DNA of 64,000 nt from Nymphaea colorata (lineage: Eukaryota), in NCBI RefSeq assembly GCF_008831285.2, contig NC_045138.2:744001-808000 (forward strand), written 5' to 3'. The notes beneath the pieces are model-generated. The model was not told the origin of the DNA. It worked only from the letters and a program-made list of their open reading frames with translations, and made no database searches. The translations under genes and the position numbers were made by a program. Of the stretch, positions 39,628 through 52,271 are shown in pieces. Each line of letters opens with the position of its first letter. The first letter of the stretch is position 1.

Positions 39628-40409
39628 CTTAATTTTTTACATTTACATATAAATTTTTAAAGTTTCTAAAATTTTTTGCATTTTCATATAAATTCAAATC
39701 CAAATCTGATCTAGTGGCATATTTTAAATCCAAATAAGTCCAATTTCTTAATCGGATGTCATTTTTTTTTCCTTTCATGCCTAATTAAGTCCGATATTGG
39801 ATCCATCGACATCCTTAGATCTACCCCTAAATAAAGATTCTTCATACTCAAAAAAAAAATAAAGTTCTTCTTTACTAGAGATTTGCTAGATACTTTGATG
39901 TTCTTCTTTACTCCGAAGAGATTAGTTGTCCTTAAAGAATAGGGTGCTTTGAGGTAATGAGAAGAAAAACAAGATACGTTGCTTGTGTCATTAGTACAGT
40001 ATAGCCAAGTCAAAATTGGACGCCCCTTGAATTAAAGATGATAATTTTTTATTTGATTCTATTGCATTTTTACTAATGATTAAATTCAGATACTGTCATA
40101 AAAAGTGTATTATTATATTATTGTAAAATTAAACGTGTTGTATACATTGTTAACAATAAATAATTACATATTTTCACTGCATATGTACTGTTAATGACTT
40201 TTAAACATTTTTAATTCATTTTACTCATTATTCATTTGTAAGTATACGCTTTTCGCCCCCACCACTAATTGTGGTCCCCAAAGAACTTTGTTTGTTCACA
40301 CGAGCTTCCTTGTGGGGGAAAAAAAAAAGGTCATATGGAATATAGTCTTTCATTCCTGTGTTAGAAAAGAATCATCTTTTTTTACCCATAAATTCAGCCA
40401 GTATGACAG

Positions 40410-40448
<39 letters not shown>

Positions 40449-40501
40449 ACAAACTGAAGGAAAGATGTGGTGCCTTTTGTATCTTTCTAAAAGGCAGTTT
40501 G

Positions 40502-40958
40502 ATTCTCTCCACAACCTTACCTGGCGTATGGCCGGCGAAAGGAAGATACTTCATTGAAATTCTCTCCTCAACCTTGTGTGGCATATGGCTGGCGAAAGGA
40601 AGATATTCCATCGAAATTCTCTCCCCAACCTTGCATGGCATATGGCCGGCGAAAGGAAGATACTCCATCGAAATTCTCTCTCCAACCTTGCATGGTGTAT
40701 GGCCAGCGAAAGGAAGATACTCCATTGAAATTCTCTCCCCAACCTTTGCGTGGCGTATGGCCGGCGAAAGGAAGATACTCCATCAAAATTCTCTCCCCAA
40801 CCTTTGCGTGGCATATGGCCGGCGAAAGGAAGATACTCCATCGAAATTCTCTTCCCAACCTTGCGTGGCGTATGGCCGGCAAAACAAAGATACTCCATCG
40901 AAATTCTCTCCCCAACCTTGCGTGGCGTATGGCCGCGAAAGGAAGATACTCCATCGAA
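40502..40958. repeat. 57-bp tandem repeat, 8 units (56-58 bp), upstream of NLR copy 2
   Basis: Units start at 40502, 40559, 40616, 40673, 40730, 40788, 40846 and 40903, with the same consensus as the 18461 array. Single units occur at ~39327-39383 and ~25952-25998 (partial). Confidence 0.95.
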
Positions 40959-42967
40959 CATTTTCGAGTGCCGAACGCATGTAAATACTCAAGGCTTCAG
41001 GCTATAAGACAGAAAAGGTCCAGTAACATGGTATAAGAGTACCTCAACCACTTTATCATTGTATCCATGTGGACATCCACAGACTTGATCTTGAACCTCT
41101 GAGATTTCAAGATCTGGGATGTCAAGAAGTGCTTGGCTTCTAAATCCAGGTCCTTATAATGCAAATCCGCTTTGGAGATCCACATATTGAATTTCATTGT
41201 CCCAAGAATCCAGGACCGTTAAACTTGAAATTCTTATTAAATCCAACTTACATATCGAATTTTAGGGTTTCCGTAGCATAATAAATAATCATTAATATAG
41301 TTATAAATTTATTAGAAACAACCTATTAAAACGTGACCAATCTAACCGACCAGTCTATTTTTTTCATCTCTTATCTTTTTCTCTCATGTTTTCACTTATT
41401 TTATTTCTCCTTTTGTAAGATTCTTCTTTTATCTGAAAATTGCCCGATTGAAGAAATAGTACTATATAACACAAAAAAATTATCTGTATTTAGTCTTTCA
41501 AGCTTTTTATCATTATTTTCTCACCCAATATTCTTTCTTTCTCTCGTCTCCTTTTTATTTTTTTCGCAGAACCATTGTAAGGTAAATAAAATTAACTTAA
41601 AAATCTAGTATCAATAGGAATTAAGTTTAGTAAATCATATATTTGTAATGAGTTGATCAGTCTGTTTTAATTTGGCGACTAATTTTTTTCAACCCTTTTT
41701 TTCTCTCACTTATTATTTTTCTCACCTTCATTCCTTTTCTATATTTTATTTTTACAATCATCTTCGCTATCCTAGTATTATTGAATCTTAAGCAAAAAGA
41801 ATTGAAATTTAAATGGGATTGATTATATATATCGTAAAGAGAGAGAGTGGGAAAGGGAAAGGGAGTTTCTTTCATGTCGTTCATCTTCCATTTTATTATG
41901 TTTTATTATGTAGATGAAAAGCAAAAAAGGAGTAGGAACTATAACAGCACAGTAGCAATAAGGACACTCCAAGTTTGGGGCCACGGAGTTTCACAAAACG
42001 TTCTTGGTGGAAGAAAAAAATGTGAGTGAAAGACACCACTGAATCGAATTTGTTTCATGAATCTACAAAATAGCGAGAATTCTGATCTTTCTTAATTTAA
42101 AAATATAGGATTGAAATTGATTCCATTTCATTTGTGATTTTTTTTTTTTTACCTTAAACCCTCAAGGCCGTACCTTCATAACGCAAGGTTTCAACTTGCT
42201 TAGAAAATTCAAATTTCTTCAAACATTGTTCATCTTATCTTATGAAATTATCAAACCTTTAAAGATTTCTCAAATAATCTGAGATACTGCATAAGGGATG
42301 GGTATCATATCCATTATTGCCAACTCTTTCTGCACTTTTTTGCTTATTTATTTTCTACTTTTCAATCCATTAATCAGTTCAAATTTTGTAAGGACATCCC
42401 TGTATGAGAGAGAGGGAGAGAATCTCTAAACAGGTTAGAGTGGTTCTCTCAATTCAATCAAAACCAACTTTTAGTAAAACTCCAAACTATGTTTTTGTTC
42501 TTTTCAATAATTTAAAGCTCTCAAGGACCTATAGCTCATTGGGGAGCAAGGTAGTCTACTTTTTAAAGGGACTTGTATTTACATTTTTAAGTGGTCATTG
42601 GCACGTTTCAGTATGTTTTCCTCTAAATTGTGATAAGGAATGGCATCAAGAGAGTATAGTGGTCTCGGACATTGTCACCACCCTTTAAAGTTAAACTACT
42701 TCGACATTGTCACTCTCAATCCATGCAATAAACTTAAAGCATTATAAATTCATCTCTCCTCTCAATCCTTCTATTTCACAAAAGCATTTTACAATCCCCA
42801 AAACCGCTTGGGTTAATTCAATGCTAGACAAGGCATATATAAATGTCACAACCGAACATTTTTCGCGATAATATCGCAATATTTTGCATGAATATGTATG
42901 TTTATAATACCAACTTCTTAAACTCCAAAAAAAAACGACGAGATACATATGTGTATACGATAATTAA

Positions 42968-45950
42968 TTAACTCTGCATGTACCCACCATATAGGCTCGG
43001 TTGCACCCCCATGTACGAGCCTGGCACGAGCCCAGGTGTGCTGTATGGGTTATATTGCAATTGAGTCAGCGCCAATTGACCCTGCATACCGTCCTTAGCG
43101 TACTGGTTCCACATTTGCTGTTCTTGAACCATGAACACCTGTTTCTTCTCCATGTCCGACATTTGTACATACGGCGGCGGCGCCACCATCGTCGAGGCGG
43201 CAAACGGATCACTGCTAATGCTGCCAATTCCAGTACCACTGCTGCTGCCATCACCGCTCGGTGGCGCCGGCAGCGCCAGCAGCCCGGGTTGGGGTGGGAT
43301 CATCACCATGCTGCTAGCACTGCCGGCACTCGCCGCTTGGCCTGACGCTGCATTCGCGAGGTGGCCGTCATACAGCCCATCCAGCATGAGAACGTCGAAA
43401 CCGCCGCCCAACTCAGCCTTCTTCGCCGCCAAATTGCTCGTCGACTCAACCAGTGCCAGCTCCCAGTCCGCCGCCGAGTTGATTGCCTCTGCCAGCGGCG
43501 CCGCTGGTGCCGAGGATGCCTCCCCGGAGAAAAGCGCCAATGCCAACCTGTCACCGTTTTCCTCGGCAGTGAAATCGCCGGTGAGATCCAATAAATCGGG
43601 GACCTTTTCCATCTTGGGCGCTTCTGGGAGGACCGTTTCCTCCCTCACCTCGGCTTGCTCGTCCGCGATCTTTTCTTCTTCCTCGGCGAATTTTTTCTCT
43701 TGGTCGTCACCTGGGGCGGGGAGTGCCTTGATCTCCAAGACGCTTTGCGTCTCCTGCTCAGCGATTTTTTGGGCTCTCCTCGCGAAGGAAGCCGATTTAT
43801 CGCAGATGAAATCGTCCATGATCTGGAGCTTCCTGGGGGTGACCCGCTCTATGACCGGATACTCGAAGGACCGGGCGATGCCCACGCTCTTGCTCCAATC
43901 GTAATACGAATCCAGTTCATCCAGCCGCTTCCCGACCCGGGAAAAGGTTTCATACACGTTGACGCATTGGGGCACCTCCAGATTCGTGAACCGGTCGATC
44001 AGGATGCTCATCATCTCGGTTATCTCGTTGTAGACTGCAAAACTTTCCTGCAATTTGAGTAATTGGATCGAATTAAATCCAGATTTGGCACTATCCGTAC
44101 TATTTTGGATCTGCCCAAGGGTCAGATCCAGTTCCAGCTGCTCGAAGTCGGAACCCTTGGATCTAGGATATATATCACTTTGAATTCAGGATTGTCTGAA
44201 TCAATGAGATTTGGATACAAACAATGCGATACACATTTTTCCGTACCGCATACCGCTTGCTTGAAGATATATACAGGTAGGACCATGGATCGATTCTTAC
44301 TGTTTGGACCCTTGGTTGCAGCCGTGAGCACCACCCTTACCCATTGAAAACCAGATCCAGATCCGAATATCCTTCTATCTTTACCGAGGATTTAGTTAAG
44401 AAGCTGTGGTAAATGTTGGGGTCCAAGGCCCATTTTCATCTGGTCCATTTTGTTGGATTCAAACAGTTTTCGGCCTTTGTTATTTAGCCATAAACCAGCT
44501 CTGGTTTAAAAAGTCAGATATTGGATCCAACCGTACTCGATCTGGATGCCCCAGATCTAGTTTCTGTAAAGCACTGCATTGTACGTAAAAAAAAAAAAAA
44601 AGCATTAACCGTACTCGATCTGGATGTCCCAGATCAACAATCTGATCCAAAACAAATACCAAACTGTCTGAATCTTGGTTTGTATTTCAAACCCATATTG
44701 AAAACAACTTATCAAATTCAGGTAACACCACGAAGCAGTCGCGGACCTAAAAAATTTTGGCTGCGGAACACTAACCGGTCTCTGGCCTAGTACATTGTGC
44801 TTGCGGGGTACCAACCTAGATCTGATGTGGGCATCATATGTGGCTACGCTCGGGTCCAGCTGAGACAGGGTGGAGCCAAGGTAGGACCCGCATGATCTCT
44901 GGCTCCACCTCAAAATTTTTAAAAAAAAAATCACTTGTTTTATATAAAATTTTGAAAAATGATATTTCGACCCTAATGAAGATTTAGAAAATTTAATTTG
45001 GTCCGTCTAATGAAAAAATTCTACCTCTGCCCCTAAGCTGAAACACAATGAAAGATTTCAAGGGCTGTGAACCAAGCCAATCACACATTAGCTCCGCTTC
45101 TGACCATGGGTCTGCCATTAGGAAAACATCAGTATAATAACTGTTCGTGTCCAAGACCCGTTTCCCATCAGGTCCAGATTTCTTTTTGTGTTGGATCCAG
45201 CCGGTTGTTGGCCCATGTTATTTAGTTATACACCGGATCCGGTTTGAAAATCAGATCTTGGATTCAACACAAACTACGGGTTCGGGTCATAGAACTTGAC
45301 ACCGTTCGTACCTGAACCACCGGGTAGAGCGAGATGATAATGAGCCGGCTCTGCTTGGCGTAACCGGTGGGCCGAGTCGCGAGGAACCGCTCCAGGATGT
45401 GCTGCAGGCTCTGGATCCGGGCGAACACCTTGTCCGTGCCCAGCTCCCGGAACGGCTTGGGCGGCAGCGAATCGTCTCGGGCCTTCATCCTCGACTCGAG
45501 CCGCTGGTCGAGGTAGAGCGCGTAGGTGCGGACGAAGGCCGAGAAGTCCCACGAGTCGGAGTGCGAGACGTCTCGGAAATCGGAGAGGTTGAGGAGCCGG
45601 GTCCCGCGCCGGGTCGCGTAGGTGAACTCCTGCTCATAGGAGGGGTCGCCCTCGGCGAGGAGACGGTGGACGAGGATGAGACACTTGAGGGCGACGGTCC
45701 AGTTGCGGGTCTTTCCGATCCGCTTGGCTATGGCCGAGACGGCCGAGCCGACGTGGAACCGGGAGTAGGAGGTCAGGGTGATGATCTCCCGGATGTGCCG
45801 CTCGTCCGGCGGGGAGGAGCTGTGGCGGGTGGCCTTGACGATGGCCACCTCCAGGTCCGTGGTGATGGTGGCCATCCCCACCTTGGCCAGGCCGATGGAC
45901 GTCCGGTCCTTCACCAGGCCCAGCGCCTTCTTGATTTTGCTCTGCGACAT
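42968..45950 (-). CDS. ANTH/AP180-family clathrin assembly protein (PICALM-like), 572 aa
   Basis: Exon 1 45950-45312 (MSQSKIKKALGLVKDRTSIGLAKV; ANTH motifs AIVKATRH, WTVALKCLILVHRLL, WDFSAFVRTYALYLDQRL), then GT..AG intron 45311-44048, then exon 2 44047-42968 (ESF..Y; DWELALV, DPFAAS, VQMSDMEKKQ, WNQYAKDGMQG). The phase-0 join is open to TAA. Confidence 0.95.
44866..45035. mobile_element. hAT-like MITE in the ANTH intron
   Basis: CAGGGTGGAGCC...CTCTGCCCCTA termini with an 8-bp TSD AGCTGAGA/AGCTGAAA; same family as 1252-1447. Confidence 0.75.
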
Positions 45951-48900
45951 GCCTACTTCTTGATGAATGATGAACGATGATGAGGATGATGGTAATGGCG
46001 GTTGTTGGTGGGTCTATGATGTGTATTTTGAGATGATGTTCATGTGGTTTTTGACGTATGGTGATTATGGGTTCATCATTTATGATTGCTTCCTTGAATG
46101 GTGGTGGTGGTGGTGGTAGAGAGGCAAGATGCTGGTATGAGATTTATGGTGATGATGGTATATGATGTTAGAGTTGTAAAATGATGATGATGATTATAGA
46201 GGTCCTGACGATGATGTTATATGATATTGGTGTTGCGAATTGATGATGATGATGATGATGGTAGAGGTCATATATTCCTTCCTTATCTCCACCTTCGAGG
46301 CCAAACGGGATGACCTGAAATCAAGCAAGAGAGAGTTATATATGCTTTCTCTAACATAAAATATGATGTATGCAGTCAAAAGAAATTGTGATTTTTATGG
46401 CAATTTTTTGGGTTTTTGTACATGAACAGTCATCCATGATACATGCACATGTGCTTGCATGGTGTGGATGTGTGAGCGCTTGCATGTGTGCGTGTATGTG
46501 TGTGTTTCTAATTTCATTGGCCAATGCTTCTGCCAGGCTTCAAACAAAGAAGAAACAGCAAAAATGAAGTGCGTTTGTGAAGTTTTTGCAGTGCCAACGA
46601 GTTCAATTTCTGCCATTAAAAGAAGAAGAAGAAGAAGACAACTGTGTTCAAATAAACCAGAGTGGGCTCTTAACAATTGAAGAGTTTCTTGTGTTTTTTA
46701 CCTCAGGGAGAGGGTCCTTCTGCAATCTCTCACATCACTCCTCTTCAATCAGAATTTGTGGGTATGTCTCTTTTTCTCTCTAGACCTCTGTCCCCCTCCC
46801 TCTTTCTCTTGTTTTGGTTGTCTTCTCTCTCTATCTCTTCCCTTCTCATTCCTGGTTGGGGTTCTTTTTTGTTGTCTTCTCTCTCTATCTCTTTCCATGT
46901 CTTTCTTGGTTGGGGTTCTCCTTGGATGAGGTACGCAGCCGGTTCTATGTTTAGTGCAGGATCGAAGGTGTGGCCGTTGAGACGTCGAGAAGACACGTTT
47001 ATCAGCGGTTGGCAATTTCGTCCATTGACGAGTTCAGAGAGAGCTCCGTCCGTATCGGCCGCTGCCTCAATTTATCAAAGAGACAGAGAGGGGAGGTCCA
47101 ATCATGGCTGCGTTATATTTTTATGCAGTTTCTTCTTACACCGTACCGTCTCAAACCAGCCTGCTGATCGGACGTGCATTGGTTAGACAGTGAGTCTCAG
47201 GTTCGATTCCCCTGGGTATTATAAGTTGGTTGGCCTTAAGTAAAGAACTTGAAATAATGAACAATCAAACACGTTACATTTCATTTATGATTCAATTTAC
47301 CAGATGTCGGACATTGCCGGATGGCTAAAATTTTAAGAGTTTGTTGTTAAAAATGTCATTACATTGGCAGTAGCAATGGTTTATAGTATACGCAATGACT
47401 TATGGTGACTTTAGCGATGTTGTATGATCCTTCTAGCAATGAATTTTTAAATTTGTCATCAGACAATACCGGGCACCAGCAATATTCACTTTTCATATAT
47501 ACATGTGTGTGTGCGTGCATATTTTTTTATTTCCCTTTTTGAATCCTGACTTTTCCATAATGAGTCTTGACATTTCAAGAAAATCTTCGATGGGGCAGCG
47601 GTAGAACCCTAAACAACTTGAACAAAATGCCTCAGCCAGGTTTACTTTTATCAGTGCCCCTTAACAATAATTAAATAGTAGTGAATTTAAACAGTAGTTT
47701 GATTTTGATTCTCATAAGCGTTATTCTGCTGGGCTATATGGACACGGCATCAAGATGAAGATGCACTAACCACATCCCAAGGAAAAAAGAGAAAAGAGAA
47801 GGCTTCAGCCTTCACTAAAACAGTGGGATGCTCCTCCGCTCACCACCCTAAAGGTTGGACATGAATCTTACTTCAAACTTGCTGGTAGTCAGCAAAAGGT
47901 GGTGCTTCTCGCCTTTCTGCCAGGTGAAGTTGCTAGTCTTTTGACCGCTCTCTTTGTTGTCCGTTAATGTTCGATAGGGAAAGCCACGGACTCGTGGGCG
48001 AGTCTTTTATGGCAAGTGAAGCTGGATCTTCCTTATGTTCAAGGAGATCCTTCGCGGTGCGCTTGAGTGAAGGTTATACCACTCTTATAAGAGGCAGTCA
48101 CACACAGAAAGTTGCCGGAATTTCACCCTTTCAGCATGCCCAATATGCCACTTTTTAGGATTTCCAGGGGCTTATGGTTGGGGGAAATATTCAGAAAAGG
48201 CCAAAGTTTCTATTCTTTCCCCTGTCCTCGCGGTTCACCTCGGAGTTCAGGGCTATTTCGAGACCAAGGTAAAGAGAGACCAAGGTAAAGAGCAATACAT
48301 GCATCCATTGTTTGCAATCCCATTCGCCTACAGTAAATTGCTTAGATAAGAATGAATTCAACCTTTATATAAGCAATCGGGTGTAATCAGGTCAGATGTA
48401 TATCGTGTTCATTCCACAACTGCCTATGTGAAATTTGATTATATAACTGGACCTCGGTGACGACCTCACCTGAACTGGATCTCTATTACTATGGCATGTC
48501 TTAATAAAACAATTAGAAACCCAATTAGTAACAAGAAACGTCCTATTCATTTGATTAGAGAAAAACCTTATCACTTGCGCTGGAGAAGTTGACCATGTGA
48601 ATAAAATCATTTGATTAGAGAAAAACCAAGAACGCACCACTGAAGAACCCCAAAAGACAATCATACAAATCAACTCATGCTCAATTATGTTCCACAAGCA
48701 GCTAAAGGCCCCACATGATCCTTTTTCACATTAGATCATAATCGGGTCAGCCAATTCAAACCTTCATGCACCAAACCACTTTCTGCTGCAAAACCACACA
48801 GGCTGGAAAACTTAAGCTCAGCTGCTTTCAAAACCTGTCTACCTCATAATTTCATGGTGTTGGTAAGGCTCAAGTCTTAAGACATCCATGAACGTGAAAA

Positions 48901-49354
48901 GAATGGATAAAGAGAAAACACCACGCCATCTCGAAAATTACAAAATGAAGTCCATGGATACTTGATGGGTTTATTTGACACCAACCATTCAGCACTACCA
49001 TTTGATGTCATCATATTACCCGTGAGATGCCACCAAATGGCGTGCATCAAAAGAGACATTCAAACCTCTCTCCCTGTCTCTCTCAAGATCGAAGAGATGA
49101 TGAACATGCACATACAAATGAAAATAGTGACTACGGTACTAGGTACTACTTTCCATAATACACTTCAATAAACATATACAGCTACATACAGCGGCAGACG
49201 ACAGGTAACAAAGTATAACAGGATTTACAAAAAGGCAAAAGCAGACATCACGACCATATACTAAACGGAGACCAACCAAAAAAAGAACACCCATTTGGCC
49301 AAGGGAAGAGCTCACAAAACTGCCAAATCGGTCTGTATATGAAGATTGCTCCTT

Positions 49355-52096
49355 CTAAGAAAGGATCAGTTTCCAGGCACACCCGAAGATCTTGAATCCA
49401 AGGATGAAAAGCGAAACCCATATCAACAAAGAGACTGCACCAAGAAAAGCCAGAAAAGAGAACCCCCTCCATGAGTAGCCTGCCCTTACTACATTTTTCT
49501 TCCCTGTGTTGTCGTCCAGCTTCTTGCCTTTTTCCATATCGTAGCAGTGTGAGAACAGCTCCTCCATGCCAATGGAGTTCACTATTACTGCAGACAAGGC
49601 ATTTACAGAACTGCAGTGCGCTGAGGAACTACCCATGGTTTTCCCTTCATTGAGAAGAAGCGGATATTCGGCAGCGGAAGCAGGACGAGCAGGAAAACAA
49701 TCCAGTAAGCTCTGGAGTTTCAGAAAAGACCCCCCATTGCTACATGGATAATTAAAATTATCCCCTTTTGAATGCCCCTCACCTGGATGAAACATGGCAA
49801 CGATGACAATCTAAAACGAAGAGAACATGAGGTGACATAACAGAAACAGCAGAACCTGCTCCTCTGCCTTCAGAATAAACCAGAGGTCGCAGAACACCTG
49901 ACTGACTCTATACAAAGGAAGCTTATTTTGTAGCCACAGGCTTACACAAGGCTGAAGAACAGAAACCAGAAAGGGACATCAATCTCTAGAAAAAAGAAAA
50001 AGTACATATCCTCAGACTCGTGAACAACAAAGTGAAGATTATTTTACCATACCCGCTGTAACAAACGAAGATGTGCTTTCCTTTTCCGAGACCTGTTGTG
50101 TTGATGCAAATGGACCCCTATTTCCTAGATAATGTCCCTCTTCTGAGGGTATTCCAACGCTGCCAACCTGAAAGGATTATTTTGACCTAAAGCATCAGTT
50201 TCAACCTCAGAGAAAGAGAAGGAAAGGAGCCAGAGCCGACCAAAAAGGAACCATGGCATAATATGACAATGATTTTACCTCTCCCAACGGATTCATGCAC
50301 AAACTGTTGATACTGGAACCAGTAGACTTATCATTGTTTGTCGGTAGAGGCATGGGCACGTTATTCTGATCAGCAAACGAACCGAGAGGGTCTTGATCAA
50401 CATCAGACATGCATGAATTTTCAGGTCTTTGTAGTAGAGATGAATTCACATGCCCTGGACCTAGGATATCATTTAATTCTAGATATGTTCCCTCCAAGAA
50501 AAGTTTATCAAGCCACGGACTGCCGCTTGGGAAAACGAACTTGTCAACTGAACAAAAATCCCCTGGCTTCACCTCATTGGTTATGTCTTCCAAACCGGAA
50601 TAGATATCTGAAACATCACCTGTGCCATGAGAACTTTGGACCCCATCCATCAGATTCTGCAAGCATAACCAAACTGTAAGGGACCTACTTATCTAAATTA
50701 AAAGCAAATAAACAATATAAGATCTCACGAAAAGAAATTACCATGTGATGGACCTCACTACATCCACTCCCATTTCCTTTAGAAGAAGGCTGCTCATCAA
50801 AGTGATCAGATGCAGCCAAATTCTCACCTTCAGCAGCAAGTTGTAGAAGAATTCTATCAATATCATCATACTCTAAGGGTAGATTCGCATGGGATGTAGC
50901 CGGAGTGACAGATGCATCAGAGATTAAACCCTCCAATGGGAAATCGGAAGCGTTCACTGAACAGGAATTTGGATTTTCAGCGACCTTGTTTTGGGGCAGA
51001 TTACAATCATCCAATGACTGAGGAACTGTGAGATTTTCCACAAGATCGTCATTCCATTCTTCTTCTCTAAAAGGGGCACCGTATTGCTCACCATTTTTTG
51101 GTCCTGGCCCACTTTTTTCAAAGATCTTAGAAAGCACAAATGAATCCTGCAGTATAAACAGATTTAAAGTCAGCAGTTTCCTAATAAAATTCACTCGGAA
51201 CTCTGAAAATGAGTAGTATTGATCCCAATTACGAACATCCACTCAGACAATGATGCATCTTGCACTATAAGCAAGAAATAATCTGTTGTTGAATGAGCTT
51301 TTAGATTTGGGGGAAAAAAAAAGAGATACAATGGTTGAACCTTTTTCGCCTCACCTATACCTATATATACCATAGACGCGCTAGAGTAGCATATCTAATT
51401 ACTCTAAATTCTCTAATTTTATCTAGCCACAAAATCCTGAAGCAATAAAAATAATGAATACTCCTTCCAGAAAGAAAAAAAAATGTGAAATAATAATCAA
51501 GACTTTCAAACACAGAGAAGAACAAGATTTACAAGAGAAATTACCTGCGCAATCCCAGATTCAACCAGATTTTTATCTTCCAGTCTATATTCATGCATTA
51601 CCCAGTTAGTTCTATCACCATTTGGAGCCCTTCCAACGTGGAAAACTAAAGTCTTTTTCATCCCCACAAGCTGAGAATGATTGTAGACAGGTCTGTCTTT
51701 TCCTGTGGTCTTCCAATAGCCAATTTCAGTGGCTCTGTTTGTTCTAGAACCATTTGCATATTTCCTATCTCGAGGGCAATAAAAGTACCACTCAAGATCT
51801 TTACTCTGTAGACAAGATTGCCCTGCAAAAATTGCAACGTACATCAATGAGCATGAAGTGCATCAAAAAAAGGAAAAAAAAAAAAACAACTGAGATTAAC
51901 ACATGATGGCATTCAATTGTGAAGGATGAAGGCTGATACCTGGAAGATCCCAAGGGGCAAACTTGTAGATGTCAAGCTCTGAAATAACATCAGGGTTAAT
52001 CAGCTTCTGACAGATCTTTCTTCTCAAGTAGAAACAAACCAATTCTGCATCTGTTGGATGAAACCGGAACCCTGGAAAGAATGATAATTTTGCCAT
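49355..52096 (-). CDS. Membrane-tethered NAC transcription factor (ANAC016/017/053/078/082-type clade), about 586 aa
   Basis: Exons 52096-51940, 51822-51545, 51146-50742, 50656-50279, 50167-50053 and 49782-49355 join at GT..AG sites into a 1761-nt open frame. NAC subdomains [36 protein letters not shown]; clade motif [17 protein letters not shown]-terminal hydrophobic helix [24 protein letters not shown]. Boundaries of exons 4-6 were chosen by phase consistency. Confidence 0.9.
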
Positions 52097-52271
52097 AAAG
52101 AATTAAATCAGCCCTATGATCACCGAAAGAAATGATAGTGGATGCACCGGGGTCCTGAACCAAAACCTTCCCACCTTACACACAGAAATAAGTTTAGTGG
52201 CTATAAACCCTTACACCTAAGCTATATAATCCTTCATCTTATCCGAAATTCCGGAAGGCCCATTCTTGAAA

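Noticed and set aside
40502..40958. CRISPR-like array
   Set aside because: Units are contiguous with no unique spacers, no cas genes are present, and the context is eukaryotic.
40358..41036. Repeat-protein ORFs in several frames over the 57-bp array (also 18337-18693)
   Set aside because: An artefact of a stop-poor unit divisible by 3; 58- and 56-bp units break the frame.
43001..45980. Plus-strand ORFs (257, 193 and 135 aa)
   Set aside because: Antisense shadows of the GC-rich ANTH exons.
46677..47186. 169-aa ORF and opposite-strand ORFs
   Set aside because: Built from CT-rich sequence and a ~55-bp two-copy repeat; no domain.
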